This document shows positions 43,742-54,826 of a DNA stretch of 64,000 bases, piece after piece; position 1 is the stretch's first letter, and each line of letters starts with the position of its first letter. Where the stretch lies: contig CAWDSK010000004.1 of assembly GCA_963804995.1 (NCBI GenBank), positions 96,001 through 160,000 on the forward strand. The letters are read 5' to 3'. This DNA is from an uncultured Acidobacteriota bacterium. GTDB taxonomy: Bacteria; Acidobacteriota; Terriglobia; UBA7540. Under the pieces are notes generated by a model, which was not told the DNA's origin, searched no databases, and saw only the letters and a program-made list of their open reading frames with translations. The position numbers and the translations under genes are program-made.

Positions 43742-45774
43742 TTGAGGGTTATAGGTATACCGAACAAGTTAGGGTGGGTGCTGCTCCTGGCCAGTTGGCT
43801 GGCTATCCCTGCCCTATGCTTTCCCACCGTGACGCCGGCCCAGCGCCAGCGCGCGATCGAGGCTTTCACCGAAGCCCAGCGTCTGCGCACAACCCTCGAA
43901 TCCCAACCGGAGAGTAAACGTACCAAAACCGACTACCAAAAAGTCATCGACACTTACTACGAGGTTTACCGGCTGAATCCCGCTTACAGCAAGTCGCCCG
44001 TAGCGCTCACGGCCAGGGCGGAACTCTACGAGGAAATGGGGCGAGTCTTCTCCTCGGACACGTATTACTTGGAATCGATCAAGATCTACCGTTTCATCAT
44101 CAAGGAGTACCCGCAGAACCGCCTGGCGAGAGAGGCCCTTTTGGCGGTGGGGGAAATCTATCGCACCGATCTCGAGGATCCCGCCGAAGCGCGTCAGGCT
44201 TTCCAGGATTTCATCGGCATCTATCCCAAGTCTGACAAGCTGGCGGACGCACAGGAAAAACTGAAGCAGATCGATCAGAAGACGGCTGAGCAAGCCAAGG
44301 CCCGCGCAACGCCTCCTCCCCCCCGGAAAAGCCTTCGACCCAGCGGACAACCGGCCCGCAGGAAGTCACGGCGGTGCGCCGCTGGGTAGGCCCGAACTAC
44401 TCGCGCATCGTGATCGGGATTGAGGGTGAAGTCAAATTCGATACCACCCGCCTCTCAAATCCCGATCGTATCGTGCTGGATTTGCAAAACTCGCGGCTCA
44501 GCCCGGCCCTGGGCGCCAAGACATTCCCGGTGGAAGACGGTTACCTGCGGCAGATTCGTGTGGCGCAGTTTTCCGCGGGAGTAACGCGCGTGGTGTTGGA
44601 CGTGGAAAAGATTGAGGACTACTCGGTTTTCTCGCTCCCCAACCCCTTTCGCCTGGTTATCGACGTGCACGGCGCGCCGCAAACTCAGATGGCCAAGGCT
44701 GTGAAACCTCCAACGTCCCCCAGTCCCGAGGGTCGAAAGACCGAGAAGGTTCAAACTCCTCCCACCCCCGCCAACCCAGCGGCCACTAATCACGTTGAGA
44801 CCGCTGTGAAGTTTGGACCCACTTCGCCACCCACAGTCGCCAAGACGAAAGGCGAGGAGCACACCAAGGCGGAGGAAAAGGAGAAAACCACCGCCACATT
44901 GAATCCGCCGGCAGCACCGGAAAAACCCAAGCACACCAAAGAAGAGGCCGAGGTGGCAAATCCCCCTGCCGCGCCGGTCATCAGACCCGCCGCGCCCACG
45001 CAATCCGGCTCTCGCACCTTGACGCGCGCCCTGGGACTGAAGATCGGCCGCATCGTGATTGATCCCGGACACGGCGGCCACGATACGGGAACCATTGGGC
45101 CCACGGGGTTGGAAGAAAAGAATGTGGTGTTGGATGTGTCTCTACGCTTGAAGAAGCTGCTGGAAAAGGATACCGGTTGCGATGTCATCATGACCCGCAG
45201 CGATGACACTTTTATTCCCTTGGAGGAACGCACCGCCATTGCCAATGAGAAGGGCGCCGATTTGTTCATTTCTGTTCATGCCAACGCCAGTTCCGACAAA
45301 AGCGCCCGGGGCATCGAAACCTATTACCTGAATTTCACTTCAAACTCCGATGCGCTGGAAGTGGCAGCGCGTGAAAACGCCGCCTCGCAGGAATCCATGC
45401 ACCAACTCCAGGACATCATCAAGAAGATCGCGATGACGGAAAAAATCGAGGAGTCACAGGATTTTGCCAAGCAGGTGCAGCGGGAAGTCTATGCGCGGGT
45501 GACCAAAACCAGCGGCGCGCAACGCGATCGCGGCGTGAAGAAAGCTCCCTTTGTCGTCCTGATCGGGGCCAACATGCCTTCTGTGCTGGCGGAAATCTCC
45601 TTCCTCACCAACCCCAGCGACGAGCGCTTATTGAAACGCCCGGATTACCGCGAGAAGATCGCCACCGCGCTCTACGATGGAATCGTGGAGTACCTGAAGA
45701 GCCTGGGTGAAGTGAAGACGGTCCAACGGGCCGCCTCAGAACGAACTTCCGCCACCGCCCGCCCGGATTTCTGA
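43742..45774 (+). CDS. TPR + AMIN + N-acetylmuramoyl-L-alanine amidase, frameshift in the C run near 44320
   Basis: IVIDPGHGGHD, FISVHAN, PSVLAEISF; TPR N-terminus in ORF 43742..44389. Confidence 0.88.
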
Positions 45775-45787
45775 TATCCTTAAAGCG

Positions 45788-46879
45788 ATGTTCAGCAGGC
45801 TTTCGAAGCAGGCTTGGCTACTAACGGCGTTGACGGCGATACCCTGCCTCTGCCCCGCCCAGCAGAAACCTCCCGTCATTCCCCTGGTGCCTGTCGCCAA
45901 CTGGCGCCAAGTGGATTCCCAACCGCTGCCGCTTCCTGAAGTCAACAAGTTTGGGGGAGACGTCGCCATCGAGCGCGAATATGGCGTGAAGACGCTCGAG
46001 TTGCGGACCTACCAACTCGATAAGGTCCATACGCAGGTGCTCGTGGAGGCCGCGCAGGACGCGACTTCTGCCTATGGCCTGCTGATGTTCTATCGCCCGG
46101 CCTCTATGCAGCCAGAGAAAGGCATGGACCTCGCTTTTGCTGATGCCGGTGGCGCGCTGATGGCACGGGGGAACAAATTCATCCGCTTCGTGCGAGGCAA
46201 TGACCCGCAGTTGTCGGAAAACGACTTTCAGGCGCTGCTCGTTTTTGTGGGAGGCACCAAGTTGTCGCCCCACGTGATCGAGAATCTCCCCGCACCTCTG
46301 CCGGCGAAGAACCTCGTGGCGGGCAGCGAGAAGTATCTCCTCGGCCTCGAAGCTGCCAAGCGAGTGTTGCCTTCCTTCCGAACCAACCTGATCGGATTTG
46401 AACAAAATGCGGAAGTCCACGTGGGCGAGTACCAGACGGCGCACGGGGTCTCCACCTTACTGTCCATCAGCTATCCCACGCCGCAGATTGCTCGCGTGCG
46501 CTTCGGGTCCATGAAAAGTTTCCTGGGAATCAACGAAGATCGCGGAGCCGATTCGGTTTATGGGCGACGCCAAAAGTCCTATGTATTTTTGGTTTTGAAC
46601 TCAGGGAATTCGGGAACAGCCAATCTGTTCCTCGACCAATTCAAAGTGGCAGAAGGCGTCAGTTGGAACGAACGCTATATCACGGAGAGGTCCTTCACTC
46701 TGCAATTGGTTCAAATGATTCTGGCAATTCTTGTCCTTACCGCGTTCCTTATCGCTGCGTGCCTAGTGGCGGGAATCATTTTCTTTGCCTCACGCCTATT
46801 CATGCGGAAGTTCTTCCCGGATTCGCAATGGGGGCGTACCGATGATGACCAGCTCATTCGCCTGGATTTAAAATACTAG
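45788..46879 (+). CDS. Conserved membrane-anchored protein (DUF6599-like)
   Basis: Signal peptide, YPTPQIA motif, C-terminal TM helix. Confidence 0.7.
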   Translation: MFSRLSKQAWLLTALTAIPCLCPAQQKPPVIPLVPVANWRQVDSQPLPLPEVNKFGGDVAIEREYGVKTLELRTYQLDKVHTQVLVEAAQDATSAYGLLMFYRPASMQPEKGMDLAFADAGGALMARGNKFIRFVRGNDPQLSENDFQALLVFVGGTKLSPHVIENLPAPLPAKNLVAGSEKYLLGLEAAKRVLPSFRTNLIGFEQNAEVHVGEYQTAHGVSTLLSISYPTPQIARVRFGSMKSFLGINEDRGADSVYGRRQKSYVFLVLNSGNSGTANLFLDQFKVAEGVSWNERYITERSFTLQLVQMILAILVLTAFLIAACLVAGIIFFASRLFMRKFFPDSQWGRTDDDQLIRLDLKY

Positions 46880-47033
46880 CAAGTCATAGTAACTAAATGA
46901 CTTATGTTGTCGGAAGGTGTCTAATAGGCCATTTATAAGGCTTTTATAAGGAATTGACTTACGACAGTATTATTAGGCTGCAACTAGCAGATAATAAATG
47001 GCTTAGTGTGCATAAAAATTCCTGAAAAATCCC

Positions 47034-47062
47034 TTGACAGGGCCAGAGGGTTTTTCTAGACT
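47034..47062 (+). promoter_or_regulatory. Sigma70 promoter upstream of tRNA-Thr
   Basis: TTGACA-17 bp-TAGACT. Confidence 0.65.
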
Positions 47063-47177
47063 CGTCAGGAGTTTAGATGGCGGGGCGCGTCCGCTATTCT
47101 ATTCTCCTCCGAAAATGCTCACTCGCTGGATTGGCGGAAACGCTGGCCGTGCCGGGTGAGCATTTTTGTATCGTACG

Positions 47178-47253
47178 GCCGACGTAGCTCAGTTGGTAGA
47201 GCATCGGTTTCGTAAACCGAGGGTCACCAGTTCAAATCTGGTCGTCGGCTCCA
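47178..47253 (+). tRNA. tRNA-Thr(CGT)
   Basis: 76-nt cloverleaf GCCGACG...CGTCGGCTCCA, anticodon loop TTCGTAA, encoded CCA. Confidence 0.97.
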
Positions 47254-47258
47254 ATCCC

Positions 47259-48419
47259 TCAGTGATTTAGCCGCGAACATCGACCTTGACGAGTACCAAT
47301 TCGTACCACTACCGGCTTTACATTCAAAAGCACCTTCGCCACCTGATGAACGGCTTCGCGCTTCGCGGGGCTTTCCGCCTGCGTGTAAAGGTTCATCGTG
47401 GTGGAAATATCCGCGTGCCTTAAGAGTTCCTTCTGGACGGCCATGCTCGTACCGGCCCCGTGCAGGATCGACGAGAAGGTGTGGCGGAAGGTATGCCAGC
47501 CAATCTTCCCGATTCCGGCGAGTTCCGCCGCAGGCTTGATATGGTCGGTGAGCATAACCCCCTGCCAACGTGGTTTACCGCTGTCACCGGCAAAGATGTA
47601 GTCTGAGTGGGTCCCATACGCGGCCTTCTGCCTGAACAGCAAAAGGGCTTCGCCTAGTTCCGGGTCAATGGGCAGGGGCTTCGCCGATGCCTCGGTCTTG
47701 GTGTCGTACACCTTCCCGGCCACCACACTACGCTGAACCGACACGGCGAGGTTATCCCAATCAATGTCGCCCCACCGGAGGCCCAGAATTTCACTGATTC
47801 GGAGTCCCAGACATCCGGCCACAAGCACCATTGTCCGGTAAGGCTCCGCCAGTTCATGCAATAGCTTTTTGAATTCCTCCGCCGTTAGGACTCGGGGAAT
47901 TTTGGTGCGCTTGCTCGATTGTCGAACCAAATCAACTGGGTTTCTGTCGATCATCTCCCACCGGATGGCGCAGTTCAAAAGCCTGTGCATCATGTTCCGA
48001 ATGTGCGCCCTGGTGCTTTGCGTCCGGGGAATGGATTTAAGCCAGCCCTCGACGGCCACCGTCTTGACTGATTCAAGCGTCCGGGTTCCCCAAGCCGGAT
48101 GAATCCAGTTCTTGAAAATACCTCGGTAAGATCCTGCGGTATCTTCTCGCACACTGGTCGGCATCTCTTCAGTCGTGTAGCGGTCGATCAAGGCCCCTAC
48201 CGTAACAGCGTGAAATTGCGCTTCTGGCGCCAGAGAGTTGATCCGGGAGCGAAGGTGTTCTACGGCCCTCTGTGCGTCTGCCTCAGTAGCGAGTCTTTCA
48301 ACCGTTCCAATCAACACCGACTTACGCCTTCCGTTTTCCATGAAGCGGAACTGCCACACATCCGGCCCCTTGTTCCGCTTCCGTACTCTCAAATCTCCAA
48401 ATTGATATCGTGCCCGCAT
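47259..48419 (-). CDS. Tyrosine integrase
   Basis: GLRISEILGL, GWHTFRH, LLRHADISTTMNLY; GGAGG RBS. Confidence 0.95.
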   Translation of the reverse strand: MRARYQFGDLRVRKRNKGPDVWQFRFMENGRRKSVLIGTVERLATEADAQRAVEHLRSRINSLAPEAQFHAVTVGALIDRYTTEEMPTSVREDTAGSYRGIFKNWIHPAWGTRTLESVKTVAVEGWLKSIPRTQSTRAHIRNMMHRLLNCAIRWEMIDRNPVDLVRQSSKRTKIPRVLTAEEFKKLLHELAEPYRTMVLVAGCLGLRISEILGLRWGDIDWDNLAVSVQRSVVAGKVYDTKTEASAKPLPIDPELGEALLLFRQKAAYGTHSDYIFAGDSGKPRWQGVMLTDHIKPAAELAGIGKIGWHTFRHTFSSILHGAGTSMAVQKELLRHADISTTMNLYTQAESPAKREAVHQVAKVLLNVKPVVVRIGTRQGRCSRLNH

Positions 48420-48430
48420 GGTTCCTCCAG

Positions 48431-48643
48431 TCAGAATGAAGTTTCCGTGCGGCACGCCTGGCGGTTGGATTGTAGGCGCGAGTTAATCCAGCCGTCAAGC
48501 GCCGATGCACGATACCGCCAGAACTTCCCCACCTTAAAACCCGGCAACTCTCCGTGTTTCGTCATACGCTCGACCGTTTTCGGGTGTAGGCCCAAAATTT
48601 CCCCCACCCGGTCGCTTCCCAATAATGGCTCAATATCGACCAT
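48431..48643 (-). CDS. Excisionase-like HTH protein
   Basis: VGEILGLHPKTVERMTKHGELPGFKVGKFWRY. Confidence 0.9.
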   Translation of the reverse strand: MVDIEPLLGSDRVGEILGLHPKTVERMTKHGELPGFKVGKFWRYRASALDGWINSRLQSNRQACRTETSF

Positions 48644-48858
48644 CAGTAATCCTCCACGAGACTTGGATTGTTGTGATGGAGGCTTGGGCGGCAGGTACGT
48701 CGTTCTGGCAGTGAGACTTCTTTCGGTTAGGGATTTCCGAATTTTGGAAACGGATCGTACCGTGAACGGGTAGTAGGGGGTGGAACGGAAAAGACGGCGT
48801 AGTGGCTTCGCTCCCGTGGTAGAATCCCTCCAATTCGTCAATACCCGGAGGCGCTACC

Positions 48859-49065
48859 ATGCCCGATACAGAAAAAGGCTGTCCTAAGTGCCGTGCCAAA
48901 ATGCGAATGCTTGAGTCAGCCGCTTTTGCGTTGCCACCCATAGCCTTCAAACCTACGGGTGAGGCTACTCTGGCTACCGGAAGCGGTTTCCCTGTGGCCG
49001 TGTGGCATTGTGATAAATGTGGGTACGTCGAATTGTATTCTGCCGACGTTTTGTGGAAGCGCTGA
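48859..49065 (+). CDS. Small zinc-ribbon protein
   Basis: CPKC...CDKCGYVELY; GGAGG RBS. Confidence 0.7.
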   Translation: MPDTEKGCPKCRAKMRMLESAAFALPPIAFKPTGEATLATGSGFPVAVWHCDKCGYVELYSADVLWKR

Positions 49066-49238
49066 AGAAATCAAGCATCGCCTGTATCTTGAGTTTTTGC
49101 GCTTCAGAGAACGTGCTAGGTCTCACTATGTTCATAATCTCCACTCCTTGAGTAAGGTAGATACCCCCACTAGCTGACTGTGCCCGCCGGAAGTTTGCCA
49201 TCGGCAACTAACTTTTCTAAGATAATCCTGTCCAGCGC

Positions 49239-49994
49239 CTACGCCGCTACTCCAGCACCCAACCGCACCATGTCTATGTTTTGCCTTAGCTGAGAGCCGA
49301 GAAAACTAAGATCAAGCTGATGCATATGCTGGACCGGGAAACCGCCGTGCGTCCAAACCCGACAACCTAACGCTCGTACCTTGTTGCAAAAATCGTAGTC
49401 TTCGCCAATTTCAATGCGGAGGCCGTCACCGCTGAGGCGCATCTCAAAATGAGGCATGGGCATTTTTACAAATACCTCCCGGCGAATAAAAATCGCCCCC
49501 GTTCCACCACGGGAAATCTCCACAAATCTAGGTCCGGGTTGAATCCGCAAGTTGTCCGGCCCGGCAATTGTCAAAATGGCCGGGATGCCATCTAGACACC
49601 CCCAATACGGAAGGCAGATCACGTCGTGCTCCGGGCCAGCGGAATCCAAAACATCCAGCATGTTTAGCGGGGGCACGATATCGTTATCCAACATGCAAAG
49701 CCATTCAACGCCGAATTCCAAGGCGCGCTGTGCTTCGATATTACGCGCTCTCTGGACCGGAGCACAGTCAGAATTAAGGACAGTCACCAAGTTGTATTTC
49801 GTTTCTCGTTGCACTTTCACGAGGAACATAGCTAGCTCTGGCGACAGCCAGCCGCCCCTCTCAACGCTCCGGCACAGGACAGAAAGCAATAATTTTGGTC
49901 CCACGGAACCTCCCTGAGTTTTGAGTTTACAACACTTTTTGAACTTTCGCCCGCTGCCACACGGACACGGTGCATTGCGCGGGACAAGGCTCAT
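49239..49994 (-). CDS. SEC-C motif + GT-A-like glycosyltransferase fusion
   Basis: PRNAPCPCGSGRKFKKCC, then MLDNDIVPP, GTGAIFIRREVF, GEDYDFC. Confidence 0.75.
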   Translation of the reverse strand: MSLVPRNAPCPCGSGRKFKKCCKLKTQGGSVGPKLLLSVLCRSVERGGWLSPELAMFLVKVQRETKYNLVTVLNSDCAPVQRARNIEAQRALEFGVEWLCMLDNDIVPPLNMLDVLDSAGPEHDVICLPYWGCLDGIPAILTIAGPDNLRIQPGPRFVEISRGGTGAIFIRREVFVKMPMPHFEMRLSGDGLRIEIGEDYDFCNKVRALGCRVWTHGGFPVQHMHQLDLSFLGSQLRQNIDMVRLGAGVAA

Positions 49995-50278
49995 GCCCTC
50001 ACCTCCATGCCCGTGACTCGGTGCGGCGCCCGTGGCTTCCGCCAAGGCAGAAGTCCGAGGAGTGCCAAGGTGCGCCGAAGGGTCTCATCTGCGAACTCCG
50101 CAGCCTGAGCGTCCACGGCTGTCCCGGTTTCCGCTGCTCGCCAGTGCGCGTTCTCGGAAAGAACATGTTGCCGACCGGCAAGGTCTATTATCGGTTCCTT
50201 CCAACGCCCGCCTATCAACTCCCCCACCACGAACCGCGAAAAGTTCGCCGACGGATCTGAACTACGCTTTCTTCTCAT
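49991..50278 (-). CDS. Hypothetical protein
   Basis: ATGA overlaps with both neighbours. Confidence 0.55.
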   Translation of the reverse strand: MRRKRSSDPSANFSRFVVGELIGGRWKEPIIDLAGRQHVLSENAHWRAAETGTAVDAQAAEFADETLRRTLALLGLLPWRKPRAPHRVTGMEVRA

Positions 50279-50673
50279 TTCGATTTCCCCCATTCTTTGC
50301 TCCGTATCGCGCCAGCACATCCCCGAGGTTGGTCCGTTTCCCCCGTCCCCGCCCCGCTCGCCAGCCGTTCGAGCCTGACCTCGCCCAAGCGAAGGGAATT
50401 TGAAACCGGGATGACCAGTTTCAAGTTTTCCGCATCAACCCCTCCCCTCTCTTGGTCAGCGGTTTCCCTGTCGAAACTCAATAAAGCCCTCAAGAGAAGT
50501 TTCTGACTGTCGAGCAACGCCAAGGTCGGGGCCGGAACATGGCGAAGCCCGCCGAGCCGTCCAAGCCAGTAGGTTGTGTACTCGACAACGCCCCTCTCAA
50601 CTTCCGCATCTCCCGTCCCGGCTGTCCGCAAAATCTTCGCCAGCGCAGAGCCACGCTTCGGCTTCACAGGCAT
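50275..50673 (-). CDS. Hypothetical protein, possibly small-terminase-like
   Basis: Coupled operon member, helical, about 130 aa; the family call is a weak impression. Confidence 0.45.
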   Translation of the reverse strand: MPVKPKRGSALAKILRTAGTGDAEVERGVVEYTTYWLGRLGGLRHVPAPTLALLDSQKLLLRALLSFDRETADQERGGVDAENLKLVIPVSNSLRLGEVRLERLASGAGTGETDQPRGCAGAIRSKEWGKSK

Positions 50674-50740
50674 AAAGCACTCTCCGGTATTTAGGATTAG
50701 GCGCGGTATGCGCCCGAATGAAGGCAATGGAGGAGAACGA

Positions 50741-51652
50741 CTAGTTGGCCTTGTTCAACCGACGAAGCAGCGACCGCTGGCGCGAAAGTTCATCGAGCCT
50801 GCTCGTCATTTTCCGAAACCTGACATCCGACGCAGGCAGGCCAGCGCCAAGGAAGCGGGTAGCATCCTCGGACAATTTAGCGAACTCGCAGTCGATACCA
50901 GCGGCGTCAACCGCGCCAATCTTATACCGTTCGATGAACGCCGCGTCCTCTTTATCAAGGCGCGACTCCCGTTTGCGAATCGTGGTCTCGGGGTCCGCGA
51001 CCTTTACTAGGGCGAGACCTAAGTTTAGTTGCGCGCCCGTGCAATCCTCCATGCGCTTTTCAACCTCGTCGAGCGAAGTCATCCAGCGCCGGACCATGCG
51101 CGCGGTGTGCTTACACAGTTCGCCACCAGTGAGCTTCCGCACAATCTCATCAACTCCCATCGTGCGGATCTCGGCAACAAACTTCTGCGCCTCAAGAGTG
51201 ACTGGATCACCGGGGCGGTTGCGCTTGTTCATGGTGTATATGGGCTTCGCAACGGTCACCTCTGTGAGACAATCCCCAACTTTCTGGATGGCCTGCTGGC
51301 TCAGGTCCCCGCCCGCGAGGCAGGTAACCGCCTGATCCAAACGCTCGCCAAGCCCCTTCATCGCTGGCCAAGGCATAGTGCCGTTGAGTTGAACGTCGCG
51401 AGTGTCGGGCACGTCGCCACCCAGCCGACGGATGGCCAGCAACGCGGCGAGCAAGGGCTTTTCGGCTGGGGATTCGCCCTTTTGCAGAGATTCGACCATC
51501 TCGGAGCCATGCGCGGTGATTTCGTCAACGAGAGTCCTTTCGCGTGAAAGGTTTTTCTGAAGTCTGCTCTGCATCTGCCCAAGCTGCTGCCGGAGTTTAG
51601 CGACAAGCTCAGACAGGCTGGGTTCTTTAGATGTGGTTGGTAGAAGGTACAT
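50741..51652 (-). CDS. Hypothetical coiled-coil protein
   Basis: 303-aa ORF in operon orientation. Confidence 0.65.
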   Translation of the reverse strand: MYLLPTTSKEPSLSELVAKLRQQLGQMQSRLQKNLSRERTLVDEITAHGSEMVESLQKGESPAEKPLLAALLAIRRLGGDVPDTRDVQLNGTMPWPAMKGLGERLDQAVTCLAGGDLSQQAIQKVGDCLTEVTVAKPIYTMNKRNRPGDPVTLEAQKFVAEIRTMGVDEIVRKLTGGELCKHTARMVRRWMTSLDEVEKRMEDCTGAQLNLGLALVKVADPETTIRKRESRLDKEDAAFIERYKIGAVDAAGIDCEFAKLSEDATRFLGAGLPASDVRFRKMTSRLDELSRQRSLLRRLNKAN

Positions 51653-51888
51653 GGTTGACCTCGGGGTCGGTGGACTTCCGCGTCAGATGGACGCATTGTC
51701 GAAGGCGGATAACAACAGGAATAAGGTTTTTGGAAGCGAATAAACCCGTTATCAGCCCTTCCGCTCTCGGAATTCCAGTAAATCCAATAGACACGGCAAA
51801 GGGGTTCTCCGGTCTCAACGCGGTTTGGCGGCTGCTGGGAGCCGTTTCGGGGCACCTTCGGGCCGACTCGGGAAGCTTTTTGGAACTG

Positions 51889-52890
51889 TCACGCACACAA
51901 CTCTCCTGTTCGGAGATCCTTCGCATCCTTCCTGGTCGCGGATAAAACTAGAATCAGACCAGGAGGAGCACCAAAACCTTGCGCTTTGCAGCGGTCAACA
52001 ATTTCTTTTCCCGCCCTGATCTGGAGTTTGAGTAGTTCATCCAGAGTAGTCCACCGCTCATGGCGCAGTTCGCTGTACACGCCCTGGCAGACTTCCCGGA
52101 ACGTCGGCTCGTGCTCATACCCTGTCAGACCGAGACTGGGATCGAAACCCACGGCTTTCCAAATTTCGGAAACTTGATCCTCCTCGGTTGTCTTGGATTC
52201 GACAAACCCTTTAGAGGGGATGGCTTGGGGTGAGGTCAGGTCAGCCTTTCCCGAAGGTCTTTCCCTTACTCTTATCTCTTCCGCGCTGTCCGCCGGTTCT
52301 GCGGACGCGCAGCTAACGGCATTGGAACCATTTTGCAGAGAGGGAGAATCCTCCAAAGCCGTAGGAGTAGCAGTAGCCATAGGACAAGCCAAAGCCTTAG
52401 CCCTAACCTGACCTGACCCCAAGCCCAAGCCCAAGCCTAGGCAACCATTGGGTAGCCAACGGCTAGCCATTGGCTGACCACGCTCCAAAGCCTCCGAGAT
52501 TTCAGGGGTCGGTTCGGGTCCAATCCGTTCGTGACGTTGCTCCTTCTCGCCTCTCCGTGAGAGAGGGGGCAACCTTCCCTCTTTCCCTTTACCCCTGAGC
52601 CCGTACCAAGTTCCCCAGGTTTTGGCGTGCTCGTCAACCCACGGGTAGAGAATTCCCGCTTCTACCAAACTGTTTAGGATTGCGACTACATCCTCCGGGG
52701 CCACATTAGGCCGGACACAGGCATAGCACCGTGCCCAAATCTGGCGCGGCTCGCATTCAAAGACTCCGTTCGCTAGACTGAGTGGCAAAAGCCACGGGAC
52801 CTCTGCACGCACCCATGCGGGTTCCACTTTTGCTATTCTCTGACTCGACCATATTCCTTCACCGTCCACTATCCGTTTTGGCATTTCCAT
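51889..52890 (-). CDS. Phage-type replication initiator-like protein
   Basis: MPKRIVDGEGIWSS N-terminus, winged-helix-like ILNSLVEAGILYPW, GLGLGLG linker. Confidence 0.6.
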   Translation of the reverse strand: MEMPKRIVDGEGIWSSQRIAKVEPAWVRAEVPWLLPLSLANGVFECEPRQIWARCYACVRPNVAPEDVVAILNSLVEAGILYPWVDEHAKTWGTWYGLRGKGKEGRLPPLSRRGEKEQRHERIGPEPTPEISEALERGQPMASRWLPNGCLGLGLGLGSGQVRAKALACPMATATPTALEDSPSLQNGSNAVSCASAEPADSAEEIRVRERPSGKADLTSPQAIPSKGFVESKTTEEDQVSEIWKAVGFDPSLGLTGYEHEPTFREVCQGVYSELRHERWTTLDELLKLQIRAGKEIVDRCKAQGFGAPPGLILVLSATRKDAKDLRTGELCA

Positions 52891-53204
52891 TATTCCTCAA
52901 CAGCCATCATTCCCGGTTTCACGTCCTCACCGAGTCGGAAGACAATGGGCCGTCGCCCTCGCCGCACCAAACGAATCAACCCCCGGCCTCGCCGCACGGT
53001 TGCACGGAACAACTTTGCGCGGATCTCGCCGCCGTGCTGGTAGTGAACGAGGTCCTTCCTAACCGAAGACGTGGCTTGAAAGCAGAAATCAACCAAATCG
53101 TCATCATTGATTTCCATGTCGGCTTGATGACCAAGGCAAACCAAAAACGCAGCTTCCCAGAGGTCACTGACGCGGATCGTGTTTGCTGTGCTTGCGCCGT
53201 TCAT
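52890..53204 (-). CDS. Small phage-type protein (DUF5659-like)
   Basis: VSDLWEAAFLVCLGH; coupled to both neighbours. Confidence 0.6.
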   Translation of the reverse strand: MNGASTANTIRVSDLWEAAFLVCLGHQADMEINDDDLVDFCFQATSSVRKDLVHYQHGGEIRAKLFRATVRRGRGLIRLVRRGRRPIVFRLGEDVKPGMMAVEE

Positions 53205-53497
53205 GCGCCCGTCGCCTCCGCGAATTTCTGGGCCTGGAGCTGATGAAGCAAAACCTTCAATTGTTCGAGGTCGCCACCGACCGTGGCAGCGGGCGTGAAT
53301 ATCGAGCCCATCCGAGTTGCCAATCCCTCCCCAAGTACACGGACAACCGCTCGCGCCTTGCGCCCGGTCATTCCCCGCCTGCCACGGGCAAGCAGGCTGA
53401 CATAGCTATAATCACAATCCGCCAGGAGCGCCGTATCGAGATGCCTGTATTTCAAAAATCGCTGCGCTTCGCCTATTGGGCTAGATGGCTTAACCAT
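53201..53497 (-). CDS. HTH DNA-binding protein (Cro/XRE-like)
   Basis: ALLADCDYSYVSLLARGRR; first gene of the leftward operon. Confidence 0.6.
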   Translation of the reverse strand: MVKPSSPIGEAQRFLKYRHLDTALLADCDYSYVSLLARGRRGMTGRKARAVVRVLGEGLATRMGSIFTPAATVGGDLEQLKVLLHQLQAQKFAEATGA

Positions 53498-53584
53498 TTT
53501 AGACTCCGGTTGTTGGGATTAGGTGGGAAGGCGAAGTAATCTGCAGGAAGGGCCAGCTACGCTCACAGTACCAAGTACAAAGCT

Positions 53585-53614
53585 ATTATAAGGCCACACA
53601 CAGCTTGAAGTCAA
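53585..53614 (-). promoter_or_regulatory. Promoter of the leftward operon
   Basis: TTGACT-18 bp-TATAAT on the minus strand. Confidence 0.6.
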
Positions 53615-53902
53615 GCGGCGTGACACAGTATCTCCATCCTTTATGGTAAGGCGGGACGTTACACACTCCCGCTGGCGACAACAAAAATCTGGGGTTTCGT
53701 GGAAATCGGTAACCTTTTTCCAAAATTTGGAAAATCCGGCGCTCATCGGAGGGGACTGCACTTCGCAGGCAAGCGCGGTCTCAGTGGGGAGGCATGACTA
53801 CCCGCTGCTAATCGAGATCACCGGCTATGTATGCCGGTAGACAAAGGCGGGCAAATCCTCCGTCAGCGCGAACAAATAGTTTGGGATTCCCTGCGCGAAG
53901 CG

Positions 53903-54826
53903 TTAGCTTTCGATTGTTAATGCTAGCTCTTGCTGAACTTCACGTGGTAAGGAGCGAACCGCTTTATGATGGGCACGTACCATCAGTGCTGGCGCTTCTT
54001 CATGGTCCGAAGCGTGAATCATGTAGTACATGATTTTGCCCTTGGCATTCTTATCGTAAATCGGATACGCTGCGGCGAATCGGTATCCAAGCTCCTCCTC
54101 AAACCTCTTGCGAACGAGTTCCGCAATTTCCCATGTGGTCTTGTATTTTAGATCAGTCCAGTCAGCCTTACCCCACCATTTGGAAAGCTTATCCTTCTCG
54201 CGGGTACCCGAAATCGCCCGGTGAAGCCACCCAACACCCAGAAAGTAAAGTAGCTCGATCTTATTATTCGGTGGCTTTTTGTACGCGGCAAGCATCGTCA
54301 GGGTTTCCCAATGGCATTCAAAGGTTCTCTGGTCAAGAAGGCAGAATGTGGCTTCCTTTTGCGTAATTGCACCCCCACTCAATATTGTTTCAACATTAAC
54401 ATTGAAGTCGCCTGGTACAACTTGGATCCTCCGAAAGAGCTTTTTGCCTTTCTTGTCGTAGGCTTCTGGCTGAGCCGCCTGTAGCTTCTTTAACGCCTTG
54501 ACTCCGCGCGTGGACAACTCACAAAGGAAGAAATGGCGCAGCCACTTGGGTTCACTTTCTAGCACTAGGGCAGCAGTCCAGTAATCCAGCTTGTCAAAAT
54601 ACTGCGGTCCCGCAAAGCCGTCGATGTAGGCTCCATGCTTCGTGATCTGAACGAAGAACTCCAAATAGCGCTGGACGAATCGCGCCTTGTGTTCCGTCCA
54701 AATTGGCTCTTGAATTCGCTTGTATCTGCGTGTTTTCACCTGAAGGGATGGGGGTAGGTCTGGAAATAGAGGGGCGGCATAAGGAGATTCCGTTGATTCG
54801 TTTGCTCGACTTCCCTTCGAGTTCAT
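53903..54826 (-). CDS. Three-Cys-motif partner protein (TcmP-like)
   Basis: WTEHKARFVQRY, YIDGFAGP, GDFN, FCLLDQ, YYMIHASDH; coupled to the DUF5131 gene. Confidence 0.85.
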   Translation of the reverse strand: MNSKGSRANESTESPYAAPLFPDLPPSLQVKTRRYKRIQEPIWTEHKARFVQRYLEFFVQITKHGAYIDGFAGPQYFDKLDYWTAALVLESEPKWLRHFFLCELSTRGVKALKKLQAAQPEAYDKKGKKLFRRIQVVPGDFNVNVETILSGGAITQKEATFCLLDQRTFECHWETLTMLAAYKKPPNNKIELLYFLGVGWLHRAISGTREKDKLSKWWGKADWTDLKYKTTWEIAELVRKRFEEELGYRFAAAYPIYDKNAKGKIMYYMIHASDHEEAPALMVRAHHKAVRSLPREVQQELALTIES

